A stretch of DNA of 40,153 bases. It comes from a virus (lineage: Duplodnaviria; Caudoviricetes). A program made the translations under genes and the position numbers. Numbering within the stretch: the first letter of the stretch is position 1; each line of letters begins with the position of its first letter. The notes under the pieces were generated by a model, which was given only the letters and a program-made list of their open reading frames with translations, did no database searches and was not told the DNA's origin. The DNA is taken from positions 1 to 40,153 of IMG/VR virus record IMGVR_UViG_3300017707_001300. One strand, 5' to 3'. Of this stretch, positions 15,723 through 24,105 are shown piece after piece.

Positions 15723-17422
15723 TACAAAATCATCGCGCCACCAACCATTCCACCAGCTTGCAATCCAGCCCCAATAGCCGATCCAATCATAGAAGATCTA
15801 GCAGCACTTGCAGCGGCGTTTGCTTGCATGGCTCCAATATTCTGCGCCACTTGAGCCTGATAAGGCGTGTAAGCAGCTTGGAAGCCCATGTTGCTTTCAG
15901 GGTTAAACAAAGCAGGTCCAGCTAGCTGTTGGCCGCCCATAGCAAACTGTTGAGCTTGAGGAACAGATCCAGACAGGATCGGCTGGCGATAATATGCCTG
16001 AAGAACTGGAGTCTGAACCTGTTGAAGGGCTCCCATCGCAGCAGCACCCATCTGTGCTCGTCCAGCCTGCAAGCCTTGGAGTGCTTGTTGTGCCGCAAGA
16101 TCCTGCTGAGTGCGTTGCAATGCTTGCTGAAAGGCTTGGTTCTGAGTGGTAGACGCCAACTGCTCGCGCCCCATAGCCTGCTGGTAGGCTTGAGATTGCA
16201 AGCCAAGGCCAAGCTCTTGAAGCCCGGCGCGCTGCTGGAACTCTTGCCCTTGAGCAGCACGTCCCAACTCTTCGCCACCCATGCGTTGCGTGAACGCTTG
16301 TGCCTGCGCCCCGGCCAACGCTTGCTCCTTGGCTCCCTCTTGGGCGAAGGCTTGAGACTGGGCAGCACGAGCCAGATCCTCTTGCGACATGGCTTGGCCG
16401 AACGCCTGTTGCTGCGCCCCCAGGCCGTATTGTTCGACCCCCATTTGGCGTTGCAATGCCTGTTGCAAAGCTGGTGTGTAAAGCTGGGAAGAGAGTTGGG
16501 CAGCTTGAGCAGCAGCAACCTGACGTTCACGCAAACGCTGGTCACCCAATTCAGCACGAGAAAGAATCTCTGCGCCTATAGCTTGGTTTCCAAGAGCAGT
16601 TCCACGGGCAGCATATGCTTCACGGGCGGACTGAGTGGCTTGTCTGATTTCTTCAGGCGTTAGTTCGCGACCGGCAGCCAACTCTTCGGATGCTTGTTCG
16701 GTCAACTGCTCTGTTAAATCCTGAACTCCGGGCATCTGGTTCATGTAAGACTGCACCAGCCCCTGGTCAATAGTTCCAAGCTGAGATTGCAACTGCGGGC
16801 CACCAACTTCACCGGCAAACTGACCAGCTTGAAACGCAGGTTGAGACAAGAAGTTTTGACCAACCTGATATTCACCAAGGCCGCCAAGAGCTTGCCCAGG
16901 CCGATATGCCTGCATTCCGCCCAAGGTAAGATCAGCACTCGGCCCACCAATTTGTCCTGCAAACTGTCCAGAAGTTGGACCAACTACTTGCTGCTCATAG
17001 GCAGAATACCTTGGCTGTTGGGAAGCAGCAGCAGTTTGTTGCGCTGCAAATTCTCCCATGTTTCTAGCTGCCTCAGAGTAGCCAGGAGTCAACTGATTGA
17101 ATGCCTGCTGCGTAGCGGAAAGCCCAACCTCAGGAGACTGAAGTTGAGCAATCTCGTTGGCGCGAGTTCTGTTAAGGTAATCTGCCTCAATCTCTGCAAT
17201 CTGAGGATAGAACTGCGCTAACTGCTGCATCTGACCAGATGCAAGTATTTGGTTAATCTGATTTTGCAGATTGGCGTATGCAGCCTGACCGTAAAGCGGG
17301 TTTGCCTCGGCAGCAAATAACTTTGGAGCCAGTTCAATCTGGGCAAGGAGATTCTCACGGCTGATCTTCCCATAATCGGGAGCCGGAGGAAGAGGAGGTT
17401 GCGAGATTTTTGTGGAGCCCAT
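15722..17422 (-). CDS. Gln/Ala-rich internal virion (DNA pilot-like) protein
   Basis: N-terminal PPAPDY, QAFxQ repeats, C-terminal Gly-rich hydrophobic segment. Confidence 0.6.
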   Translation of the reverse strand: MGSTKISQPPLPPAPDYGKISRENLLAQIELAPKLFAAEANPLYGQAAYANLQNQINQILASGQMQQLAQFYPQIAEIEADYLNRTRANEIAQLQSPEVGLSATQQAFNQLTPGYSEAARNMGEFAAQQTAAASQQPRYSAYEQQVVGPTSGQFAGQIGGPSADLTLGGMQAYRPGQALGGLGEYQVGQNFLSQPAFQAGQFAGEVGGPQLQSQLGTIDQGLVQSYMNQMPGVQDLTEQLTEQASEELAAGRELTPEEIRQATQSAREAYAARGTALGNQAIGAEILSRAELGDQRLRERQVAAAQAAQLSSQLYTPALQQALQRQMGVEQYGLGAQQQAFGQAMSQEDLARAAQSQAFAQEGAKEQALAGAQAQAFTQRMGGEELGRAAQGQEFQQRAGLQELGLGLQSQAYQQAMGREQLASTTQNQAFQQALQRTQQDLAAQQALQGLQAGRAQMGAAAMGALQQVQTPVLQAYYRQPILSGSVPQAQQFAMGGQQLAGPALFNPESNMGFQAAYTPYQAQVAQNIGAMQANAAASAARSSMIGSAIGAGLQAGGMVGGAMIL

Positions 17423-17424
17423 AA

Positions 17425-17841
17425 TTAAAAATTCTCAGGAATGCACTGCTTGAAAAAATTGAACATGAGTTCCTTGGTTGCCAGCTTTGGCTTTCCACGT
17501 CTGTAGTACACGATTGCTGATGGTTTCATGTTCCTTTCACGGAACATGTTCCACATTAAAAGCGTGGACTTTTTACACTTGGAATACAGGTAGTCTAGCA
17601 ACAAAATATCGCTCTCCGGTTGCTCCCAATTGAACACGACATCCAATGCGTGTTTTACGGGCCGCAACACAGCAAACGACCACTCGTCGCCATTCTTGGC
17701 CAAGAACAGGTTCTTGTGGTGGAAGTGAAACGTCAGCATCTGGTCCAGCGTTTCTTTCTCCAAGTCTTCAGGGAAAAGCAGCTTATGCTCCAGTTTTTTG
17801 GAGTAGGCAAAGTCTACAAACTCGTCCCAGAGATCACTCAT
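17425..17841 (-). CDS. Hypothetical protein (position typical of a GNAT-like assembly protein)
   Basis: 138-aa ORF between the fibre and pilot genes; the function is a positional inference only. Confidence 0.55.
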   Translation of the reverse strand: MSDLWDEFVDFAYSKKLEHKLLFPEDLEKETLDQMLTFHFHHKNLFLAKNGDEWSFAVLRPVKHALDVVFNWEQPESDILLLDYLYSKCKKSTLLMWNMFRERNMKPSAIVYYRRGKPKLATKELMFNFFKQCIPENF

Positions 17842-19583
17842 GACCCAAACACAACAATGCTACTTGCGTATCCCGTGTCTCTGCCTCCCAAGCCTGAAGC
17901 GAATGTATGAAACGTAAAGCACGATGTGGTTCTTGGAACTGTGTTTCCTGCTGCGATTTCATTGTAATCAATAAGAATAGCTCTTGTTAAAGTATCAGTC
18001 GCACTTGAGGCCGATGTTAATACACTCATTGAAACAATAGGAAGAAATGTAGTGTTTTGAAATTGAGAGCTAAAATTGCACAAGTAATTTGCAGCATCTG
18101 CTGATGTTCCTGTGTAAATTACAGACCCAATGTTTTCAGAAGAGTTTATATTACAGTACCTAAATGTAACTGATCCGGCACTATCGCCAGCAGCCGCAGA
18201 TGTAGTTGTAATTGTCTGAACATTTCCCGATGTTGTTGCGGACAATACTTGATAAATTTCAGTAGTTGGAACTGTTCCAGCACCACTTGCTTTCGTGAAA
18301 ACAAAGTACGATTTATTGTTGGCGTAAAACTGAGGTTTGCCTCCAGAGAAATCGTAAGTGATTGTTACGGTTGATCCTGTCTTGGAGTAGCTTGCGGTTG
18401 CTTGCGTTGTTGCTGCAAACTGTCCATCAAACGATGCAATGGCTCTTGGAAGGATGGCATTCAGTTGACCACTGGAAATAGTGAAACCTGGGCCGGGGAT
18501 TATGCCACCAAGCTGAGAAGTGGTTGCAGCAGGAACGCTGGACGCTACTGTAACAGATCCACTTGCATTGGTAATGCTGACATTTGATCCAGCCGTCAGC
18601 GTGGCCTTGCTGAGTCCACCAGACGAATTGCCAATCAACAACTGTCCATTGCTATAGGTCGTTTGACCAGTTCCTCCAAGTGTTGTGGCCAGCGTGCCAG
18701 TAGCAGCCGACAATGGAATGTTGGTGCAGTTACTTAGATTCCCAGATGCTGGAGTTCCAAGAGTTGGAGTTATTAGCGTTGGTGATGTGGACAAAACCAC
18801 AGACCCGGTGCCTGTAGATGTTGTTACGCCAGTTCCACCGCTTGAAACCGCAAGTGTGCCAGTTACGGACCCAAGATTTACATTGGTACAATTGCTTAGG
18901 TTTCCAGACGCTGGGGTTCCCAATATTGGAGCCGTTAAGGTCGGCGAAGAAATAGTTGGAGACGAAGACAACACTACAGATCCGGTGCCGGTGGATGTAG
19001 AGCTTAGAAGCGGTTGCGCCCCAATCACAGGAAGCGCAGAGGTTCCAATCAAAGCCAATTGAGAGGCTGTGGTCAGAGCTGCTACCTGATCGGATGCAAG
19101 TTTTCCATCGCTTCCAAGCGTTGCAACACCGTTGATTGCACCCAACTGACTGGTAGCAACCCGAGTGTCCAGCCCAGCATTTAGCTGAGATGAAGTAATC
19201 GGAATGTAAGTCAACGCAGACGTTACGTTTGCGGACGTAATCTCCGACCGGATTGTTGCGGATGACTTATTCTCGACGTTGTTGAGCGACAGGTTGACCT
19301 TTGCCGTGGCGATGCTCGCCAAATCAGACAGGTTGTTGTTGGCGTTGAGCAACTCGGCAGGATCAACTCCGCCTAATGCCTGCACTACGGTAGCCTTCTT
19401 AAGCTGGCCGGAAGCAAGTAGGATGACTTGATCCGTCGTTGGATCAGCAGTGGTTAGAATCGCAGCCTGATCGCCAATTGCCCCAGGCAAAAGCGTGGCT
19501 CCCTCAACGTGTTGGTTGAGGTTATCAACAGTAACGGTTGAGTTCGTCGTCGAATAAATCGTTCCTTTGTTGATTTGAGCCAT
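17838..19583 (-). CDS. Tail fibre / spike protein
   Basis: S/T/G-rich; NNLSDL..., NGVATL and GGTG motifs; internal duplication STGTGSVVLSxSPT...GTPASGNLSNCTN. Confidence 0.75.
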   Translation of the reverse strand: MAQINKGTIYSTTNSTVTVDNLNQHVEGATLLPGAIGDQAAILTTADPTTDQVILLASGQLKKATVVQALGGVDPAELLNANNNLSDLASIATAKVNLSLNNVENKSSATIRSEITSANVTSALTYIPITSSQLNAGLDTRVATSQLGAINGVATLGSDGKLASDQVAALTTASQLALIGTSALPVIGAQPLLSSTSTGTGSVVLSSSPTISSPTLTAPILGTPASGNLSNCTNVNLGSVTGTLAVSSGGTGVTTSTGTGSVVLSTSPTLITPTLGTPASGNLSNCTNIPLSAATGTLATTLGGTGQTTYSNGQLLIGNSSGGLSKATLTAGSNVSITNASGSVTVASSVPAATTSQLGGIIPGPGFTISSGQLNAILPRAIASFDGQFAATTQATASYSKTGSTVTITYDFSGGKPQFYANNKSYFVFTKASGAGTVPTTEIYQVLSATTSGNVQTITTTSAAAGDSAGSVTFRYCNINSSENIGSVIYTGTSADAANYLCNFSSQFQNTTFLPIVSMSVLTSASSATDTLTRAILIDYNEIAAGNTVPRTTSCFTFHTFASGLGGRDTGYASSIVVFGS

Positions 19584-19585
19584 AA

Positions 19586-21493
19586 CTACTCCTGTGAAAC
19601 CATTGGTCTGTTTGCCGTTATACCGTAAACTGTGACACCTTTCAACGCTGGTCTTCCACTGGTGAAATTGATTGTGAAGTCCACCGACGACCCGCGCCCG
19701 GCAATCCGTGGACGAAGCGTTCCATCACTGTTGCCAGAGAACTGGTATCCCAAGACTGTCTGAGTGGAATCTGGATCGTGCATCGTTGCGTCAATCGACA
19801 CCACATCGTTGACGATGTTGTTGAACTGAAACTCTCCACGACTAAATCGCTTCTCGCTCAAAGACTTCATCGTGAACTCTCTGGTTCGCACAAATGAAGT
19901 AATTGAGTTCAAGGAAAACCCGGTATTCAGGTCAACAGGCAGCGTAAACGGCAGAATAGCTCCGTTTCCACCTCCAGTGTAGAAGTCACCATCCTCTCGC
20001 TCTTCCTCAAGAAACACACCTCCAAACTGATTCACGCCCGCAAAGTTGGTGAGGATGAACAAGCGTTCCTGATTTTTGTAGCCACCGGGAATCAAGTTGT
20101 CTGCATTCAGCCCAACAGGATACACGTCAATGCTTTCCCAATTCTTGTTGAGCGTGTTAAAGATCAGGATGCGGTTGTTTTTGCCAGTTGGATTCGTGTC
20201 AGCCACAACAGGCATGGCAATGTAAAACCTGTTGTTGTAGTAAGTTGCAACAGAGTTGTTGACTGTCGTGTAGTTGACTGTCTGAAAGAAGTCTGCCACA
20301 GGTTCAGACAACGGCATTGTGTTGCCAACCATCTTCAGGTCCAACTGAGGCGTGAGCATGTGGACTCCCTTTGCGGACAGGAAGAATACGAACTGCCCAG
20401 CGTTGACTATGCTCCTGCGAGCAAGACAGCCAAGTTCTGTGGTGACTACTGTGATCTGACTTCTGTCAGCTTCCGTGATGACAATCCGAGGATCAAGGAA
20501 CGCGATGTAGATCGAGTTCCGCATGAACACCAAGAACTGGTTCTCGATCCACGGCAGACATCCAACGATGATGTCATTTCCACCCTGGTTGATCAGGAAG
20601 GCGTTGAACTGTACGTCCGTCTGAAAAGACAAGATGTCGCTGACAACCAACTGATGATCCGTGTACTTGGCAACAATCCGGTTCTGGTAGTAGAACCCAA
20701 AGTCTGCTGGAGGAAGAGATTTGGTCAAATACGTCAGCGCAGTCCCACTGCTTGGATTGACGAACTGCTGGTCAGCAACAGTTATTACGCCTGTAGCAGA
20801 GTCCCAAATCAACGGAGGTTTTCCACGCTGAGTTGTGAACGGAGTCTTGTTGGTGTGCGCTTGGAACGTACTCCCGGTTGTGTTCGTCCACGAAAAGGTA
20901 AACTGTGTGGTCGAAGTCACCGTGATGATGTGACTCCCGTCTAAAGCTGACTCCGTATCAAAAATTCCATGCCTCAACGTGACCTCATCTCCAGTCGCAT
21001 ATCCATGTATGCTGGCTGTGTTGACGGTGATCGTTCCAGTATTTCCGTTTCCAATCGCAGCATTCGTCACGCTTGCGTTGTAAATCGTGCTGTCGTACTT
21101 GCCTCGGAAGATGATCAACTTGTCAAGGGCTTGAACACAGTCAACGATTCCACCTACTGCAATGTTTCTTCCAGTAGGGAACAAGTAAGGTCCAAGTAAC
21201 TCTGACTGTGTTCCCTGTTGCTCCGGTCGGAACAAGTACAACCGATTCGTGAACACCATTGCGATGTTGTCTCGCCCCAAGGAATCTATCCAGACTCCAG
21301 AACCGACCATCGTCAAAGCGCTTAATGAGGCGTCTGTGAGCCTCTGGCAGCCCTTGCGGGGTTGTGCAATGCCTCTCTGTAACCTGACATTCTGAGCAGC
21401 CTGAAGGATGCCGTCAGGGAGATTTGCCGGGTCAAGACGACTGGCAAACCCCATGTAGGACTGATCCGATTCAGCTTGTAGCTCAGATGGCAT
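19586..21493 (-). CDS. Tail nozzle / DNA-stabilisation protein (P22 gp10-like beta-propeller) with FCCH-like insert
   Basis: 635 aa beta-rich; GCLARRSI and FFLSAKGV blades; ITVNTASIHGYATGDEVTL insert. Confidence 0.65.
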   Translation of the reverse strand: MPSELQAESDQSYMGFASRLDPANLPDGILQAAQNVRLQRGIAQPRKGCQRLTDASLSALTMVGSGVWIDSLGRDNIAMVFTNRLYLFRPEQQGTQSELLGPYLFPTGRNIAVGGIVDCVQALDKLIIFRGKYDSTIYNASVTNAAIGNGNTGTITVNTASIHGYATGDEVTLRHGIFDTESALDGSHIITVTSTTQFTFSWTNTTGSTFQAHTNKTPFTTQRGKPPLIWDSATGVITVADQQFVNPSSGTALTYLTKSLPPADFGFYYQNRIVAKYTDHQLVVSDILSFQTDVQFNAFLINQGGNDIIVGCLPWIENQFLVFMRNSIYIAFLDPRIVITEADRSQITVVTTELGCLARRSIVNAGQFVFFLSAKGVHMLTPQLDLKMVGNTMPLSEPVADFFQTVNYTTVNNSVATYYNNRFYIAMPVVADTNPTGKNNRILIFNTLNKNWESIDVYPVGLNADNLIPGGYKNQERLFILTNFAGVNQFGGVFLEEEREDGDFYTGGGNGAILPFTLPVDLNTGFSLNSITSFVRTREFTMKSLSEKRFSRGEFQFNNIVNDVVSIDATMHDPDSTQTVLGYQFSGNSDGTLRPRIAGRGSSVDFTINFTSGRPALKGVTVYGITANRPMVSQE

Positions 21494-21738
21494 CAGGAAA
21501 TCATCTTGCTGATCTTGTCCACAAGACGCTGAAGATCGTCACGAATCTCCATCAGACGATCACCACCTTCGTCTTCCATTTCTCCCTCTTCTTCTCCACC
21601 TTCTTCCTCGGATTCTCCATATCCGCATTCGGAACAACTCCCATCAGACTCCATCGGCGAGGAGCATTCCGGGCATTTGCGGGTCTTTGGAGCCCCGATA
21701 ACGAGCATTAACGCATCAGTCAGGTTTTTCTTTGCCAT
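21493..21738 (-). CDS. Small acidic Zn-ribbon protein
   Basis: CPEC...CSECG followed by a poly-Glu tract. Confidence 0.65.
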   Translation of the reverse strand: MAKKNLTDALMLVIGAPKTRKCPECSSPMESDGSCSECGYGESEEEGGEEEGEMEDEGGDRLMEIRDDLQRLVDKISKMIS

Positions 21739-21744
21739 AGGTCT

Positions 21745-22221
21745 TTAGGATATCAGCGATCTTTTTTGCTCCCTGCGAGCACGCAACTCAGCAAGAGAGT
21801 GAGGAGTATTGTACTCGTAATGAGGCGGATCATAAATCGAGGTGAACGTGCCTCCCCAGCGCAGCTTGTGCTTCGATGCGATTGCCCCGCAGAGCTTGTG
21901 CATCCTGTCTGCGAGACGTTTCTCTTCAGGAGTCCCGTCATCCAGGTAGTGTTTACCACGGAAGACACCGCAATCAATCGCAATCCCGAAGTTGTGCATA
22001 CTCGAGCCGGGTTTGGCATTGGTAACCTTTGGCCCCGGAGCAGTGCGCCCCTTGGCGTAGAGAGCTTCCTGAGCCTCCCAAGAGCGCGTCCCGCAGATGA
22101 CCCGGTAGTCCAGTCCCTCCTCTTTTAGAAGCTCCTTAGCCTCCAAGACAAAGTTCGTGAACGCTTCCTTAACCTCAGGGATCAGCGTGTCGATATGCTT
22201 GGCTGAGCGTTCGTCGATCAT
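21745..22221 (-). CDS. Endolysin, M15 family (L-Ala-D-Glu peptidase-like)
   Basis: RSWEAQEALYAKGRT...VTNAKPGSSMHNFGIAID...DPPHYE (SxH..D..H Zn ligands). Confidence 0.9.
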   Translation of the reverse strand: MIDERSAKHIDTLIPEVKEAFTNFVLEAKELLKEEGLDYRVICGTRSWEAQEALYAKGRTAPGPKVTNAKPGSSMHNFGIAIDCGVFRGKHYLDDGTPEEKRLADRMHKLCGAIASKHKLRWGGTFTSIYDPPHYEYNTPHSLAELRARREQKRSLIS

Positions 22222-22376
22222 TTTTGGATGAGCTTGTAGGTTTTAACCAGCGTGTAAATCAGTGCTGCAATCGCTGTGATAATGCGGATCGTCTGCTCTA
22301 TCTCAGACAACGAGACAGCCAATGCAGCTACATTGATCCCCAAAACGGAGGCAAGATCTTTAAGATCGTCTAGCAT
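22218..22376 (-). CDS. Small holin-like membrane protein (52 aa), not in the ORF track
   Basis: MLDDLKDLASVLGINVAALAVSLSEIEQTIRIITAIAALIYTLVKTYKLIQK; ATGA-coupled to the endolysin. Confidence 0.65.
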   Translation of the reverse strand: MLDDLKDLASVLGINVAALAVSLSEIEQTIRIITAIAALIYTLVKTYKLIQK

Positions 22377-22725
22377 TTACTTTGGGTCGCTTAGGTTTTT
22401 CATCTGGCTTGGCAGTTGGTTGCTTTACCACAGCACGCTTTTTAGGTGCAGAAATTGTAGAAAACCACGAAAGCCAAACGTAGTTGCAGGCTACGCCTAT
22501 GTTAAGAATGAACTCAGTAACCGGGGGTTCTTGGTGAGCAAAAATGTTTGCGACAGACCCGCAGATCGTGATCGTTGTGGCAAGCTTACACAAATGAACT
22601 GCGTACTTGTGCTTGTAAATGGCACTGTCCTCATGGCCAAACACTCGAAGCCACAGATGAATCGCCGAAACGGCAAGCACGCTATTTGCGAGCACGTTTA
22701 GGAGTACTAGTGGGCTTAATGTCAT
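22360..22725 (-). CDS. Multi-TM membrane protein (lysis cassette)
   Basis: About three hydrophobic segments and a basic C-terminal tail. Confidence 0.6.
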   Translation of the reverse strand: MTLSPLVLLNVLANSVLAVSAIHLWLRVFGHEDSAIYKHKYAVHLCKLATTITICGSVANIFAHQEPPVTEFILNIGVACNYVWLSWFSTISAPKKRAVVKQPTAKPDEKPKRPKVNARRS

Positions 22726-23002
22726 GGCCGGAGATTAGCTTCTCTGAGATGTTTTCTACCGCACGCAGCCCACAAAAGCCTAGCAAAAACGCCGCTGCAT
22801 AACCATATTGCGGCTCAGTGTCAAGGTGAGCAATCTTGAGGATCAGAGGAGTCACATAGTTTGCTGATGCAGCTCCACCAATCAAAGACAACACAGTCCT
22901 TCCAAGGTTTTGTCCCGCTTGCTTGGAGGACATCAAGATCGCTCCGAACAAACCAGCAATCGCAAGACCAATGTCAATCCCAGCATCCTTGAGATTGATC
23001 AT
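22682..23002 (-). CDS. Putative holin
   Basis: MINLKDAGIDIGLAIAGLFGA...GGAASANYVTP...AAFLLGFCGLR; about 3 TM; ATGA coupling. Confidence 0.65.
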   Translation of the reverse strand: MINLKDAGIDIGLAIAGLFGAILMSSKQAGQNLGRTVLSLIGGAASANYVTPLILKIAHLDTEPQYGYAAAFLLGFCGLRAVENISEKLISGHDIKPTSTPKRARK

Positions 23003-23250
23003 CGGTGCTGAGCTTGTTTGGCGACTGAGACAGCATTGAGAAGTTCTAGCTCGAGCTTCTGATATCGAGCGTCTGAATGCCACTTCTGTGCTGTCTGAGC
23101 CGTGTAGGTTTGTCCTGGCTGAAGCTCAAGGATCTCCTTGCCCGGATGATGTAAGAACCTTGCTGGAACGGAGGAATCTTTCACGCAACCGATCAGCGAA
23201 AGCGTCATCGCCAGCAGCGCGAGCCTCGAGGATTTGACGTTCGATCTCAT
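22999..23250 (-). CDS. Lipoprotein, putative o-spanin (Rz1-like)
   Basis: Signal MRSNVKSSRLALLAMTLSLIG-C with lipobox; overlaps the upstream gene in another frame. Confidence 0.6.
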   Translation of the reverse strand: MRSNVKSSRLALLAMTLSLIGCVKDSSVPARFLHHPGKEILELQPGQTYTAQTAQKWHSDARYQKLELELLNAVSVAKQAQHR

Positions 23251-23347
23251 CGCAGTGCTTGGCAATATCCCGTTCAAGTTCCCAAGAGGCTCGTTTAGCC
23301 TTGATCTCCAGCCACAGGCGCAGGATTTGCAGCAGGCTTGGTATCAT
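23126..23347 (-). CDS. Putative i-spanin-like (Rz-like) protein
   Basis: Short hydrophobic N-terminus followed by a helical region; overlaps the lipoprotein gene. Confidence 0.45.
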   Translation of the reverse strand: MIPSLLQILRLWLEIKAKRASWELERDIAKHCDEIERQILEARAAGDDAFADRLRERFLRSSKVLTSSGQGDP

Positions 23348-23510
23348 CTGATTCCTTTCGGAAGACGTTGATCATCCCTATAAGGGCAAGTCCAGTTGTC
23401 AGGATAGCCTCCTGCATCTCTGGATGAAGTTTCAGCCCAACAGCAGTCAGAAGGGCAAACAAACCACGCCAGGTCGATGGCTCTTTGAGTCGGTCAAGAA
23501 TGTATTTCAT
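23295..23510 (-). CDS. Holin-like membrane protein
   Basis: RLKEPSTWRGLFALLTAVG...two hydrophobic segments. Confidence 0.65.
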   Translation of the reverse strand: MKYILDRLKEPSTWRGLFALLTAVGLKLHPEMQEAILTTGLALIGMINVFRKESDDTKPAANPAPVAGDQG

Positions 23511-23512
23511 AG

Positions 23513-23659
23513 CTACTTCTTCTTGGCTGTCTTAGCAGATTGTCTGAATGCCTTCGCAGTGGGCGCGCCCTTGGTGCCAGGCTTGCGCATCTTCTCGCCG
23601 CTTCCAGCAGCAATCCGATCACGCTTGGCGTTTATGTTGGCGTAGAGTCCCTTTTTCAT
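23513..23659 (-). CDS. Small basic conserved phage protein (48 aa), not in the ORF track
   Basis: MKKGLYANINAKRDRIAAGSGEKMRKPGTKGAPTAKAFRQSAKTAKKK; ATGA coupling. Confidence 0.8.
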   Translation of the reverse strand: MKKGLYANINAKRDRIAAGSGEKMRKPGTKGAPTAKAFRQSAKTAKKK

Positions 23660-23928
23660 TTGCAGTTCCAGCGTTTGAGTGATGCAGCCTTGCGAGTGGG
23701 TCGTCCCTTCTCATCCTTCATGGGACCGGGCATCCCGCTCATCCGGGCACAGAATGACTTTCTGCGAGCAGCGTCAGCCTTTGTCTTAGGATTCGGAGCA
23801 GGAGCCTTGAGGTTGCTGCCGGTTGCCGCGTTGTACTTGGCCCGGCCCTTTGCTGTGAGTCCTGCACCTTTCGACACAGGCAGCTTTTCGCCGCGACCAA
23901 CCGCTAGGGATACACCTTTTTTAGCCAT
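23656..23928 (-). CDS. Basic conserved phage protein (DUF6321-like)
   Basis: GLTAKGRAKYN...NLKAP...RRKSFCARMSGM...WNC. Confidence 0.75.
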   Translation of the reverse strand: MAKKGVSLAVGRGEKLPVSKGAGLTAKGRAKYNAATGSNLKAPAPNPKTKADAARRKSFCARMSGMPGPMKDEKGRPTRKAASLKRWNCK

Positions 23929-24103
23929 TGTCTTCAGGAGGCAAGAAGGAACCGTCAGGCTGTTCAATCCAGCCAATCCCGCAGGGAATGCCATCCACGT
24001 TGACCAGCGTTGTTCCAGCAGGAGGCGTGTACGGCGACACACCATCCCACACGATTATGTTATCAACTACTTTCGTAGCATCATCAACGATTGCGTACTT
24101 CAT
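23921..24103 (-). CDS. Putative fibre-assembly / chaperone-like small protein
   Basis: MKYAIV...VVDNIIVWDG...GIGW...FLPP pattern, typically found after Gly-rich fibres. Confidence 0.6.
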   Translation of the reverse strand: MKYAIVDDATKVVDNIIVWDGVSPYTPPAGTTLVNVDGIPCGIGWIEQPDGSFLPPEDNG

Positions 24104-24105
24104 AA

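Noticed and set aside
15922-16663. 211-aa and 244-aa alternative ORFs within the Gln/Ala-rich gene
   Set aside because: Explained by low-complexity CAG/GCT codon usage; unlike the methylase second frame, they carry no recognisable motif.
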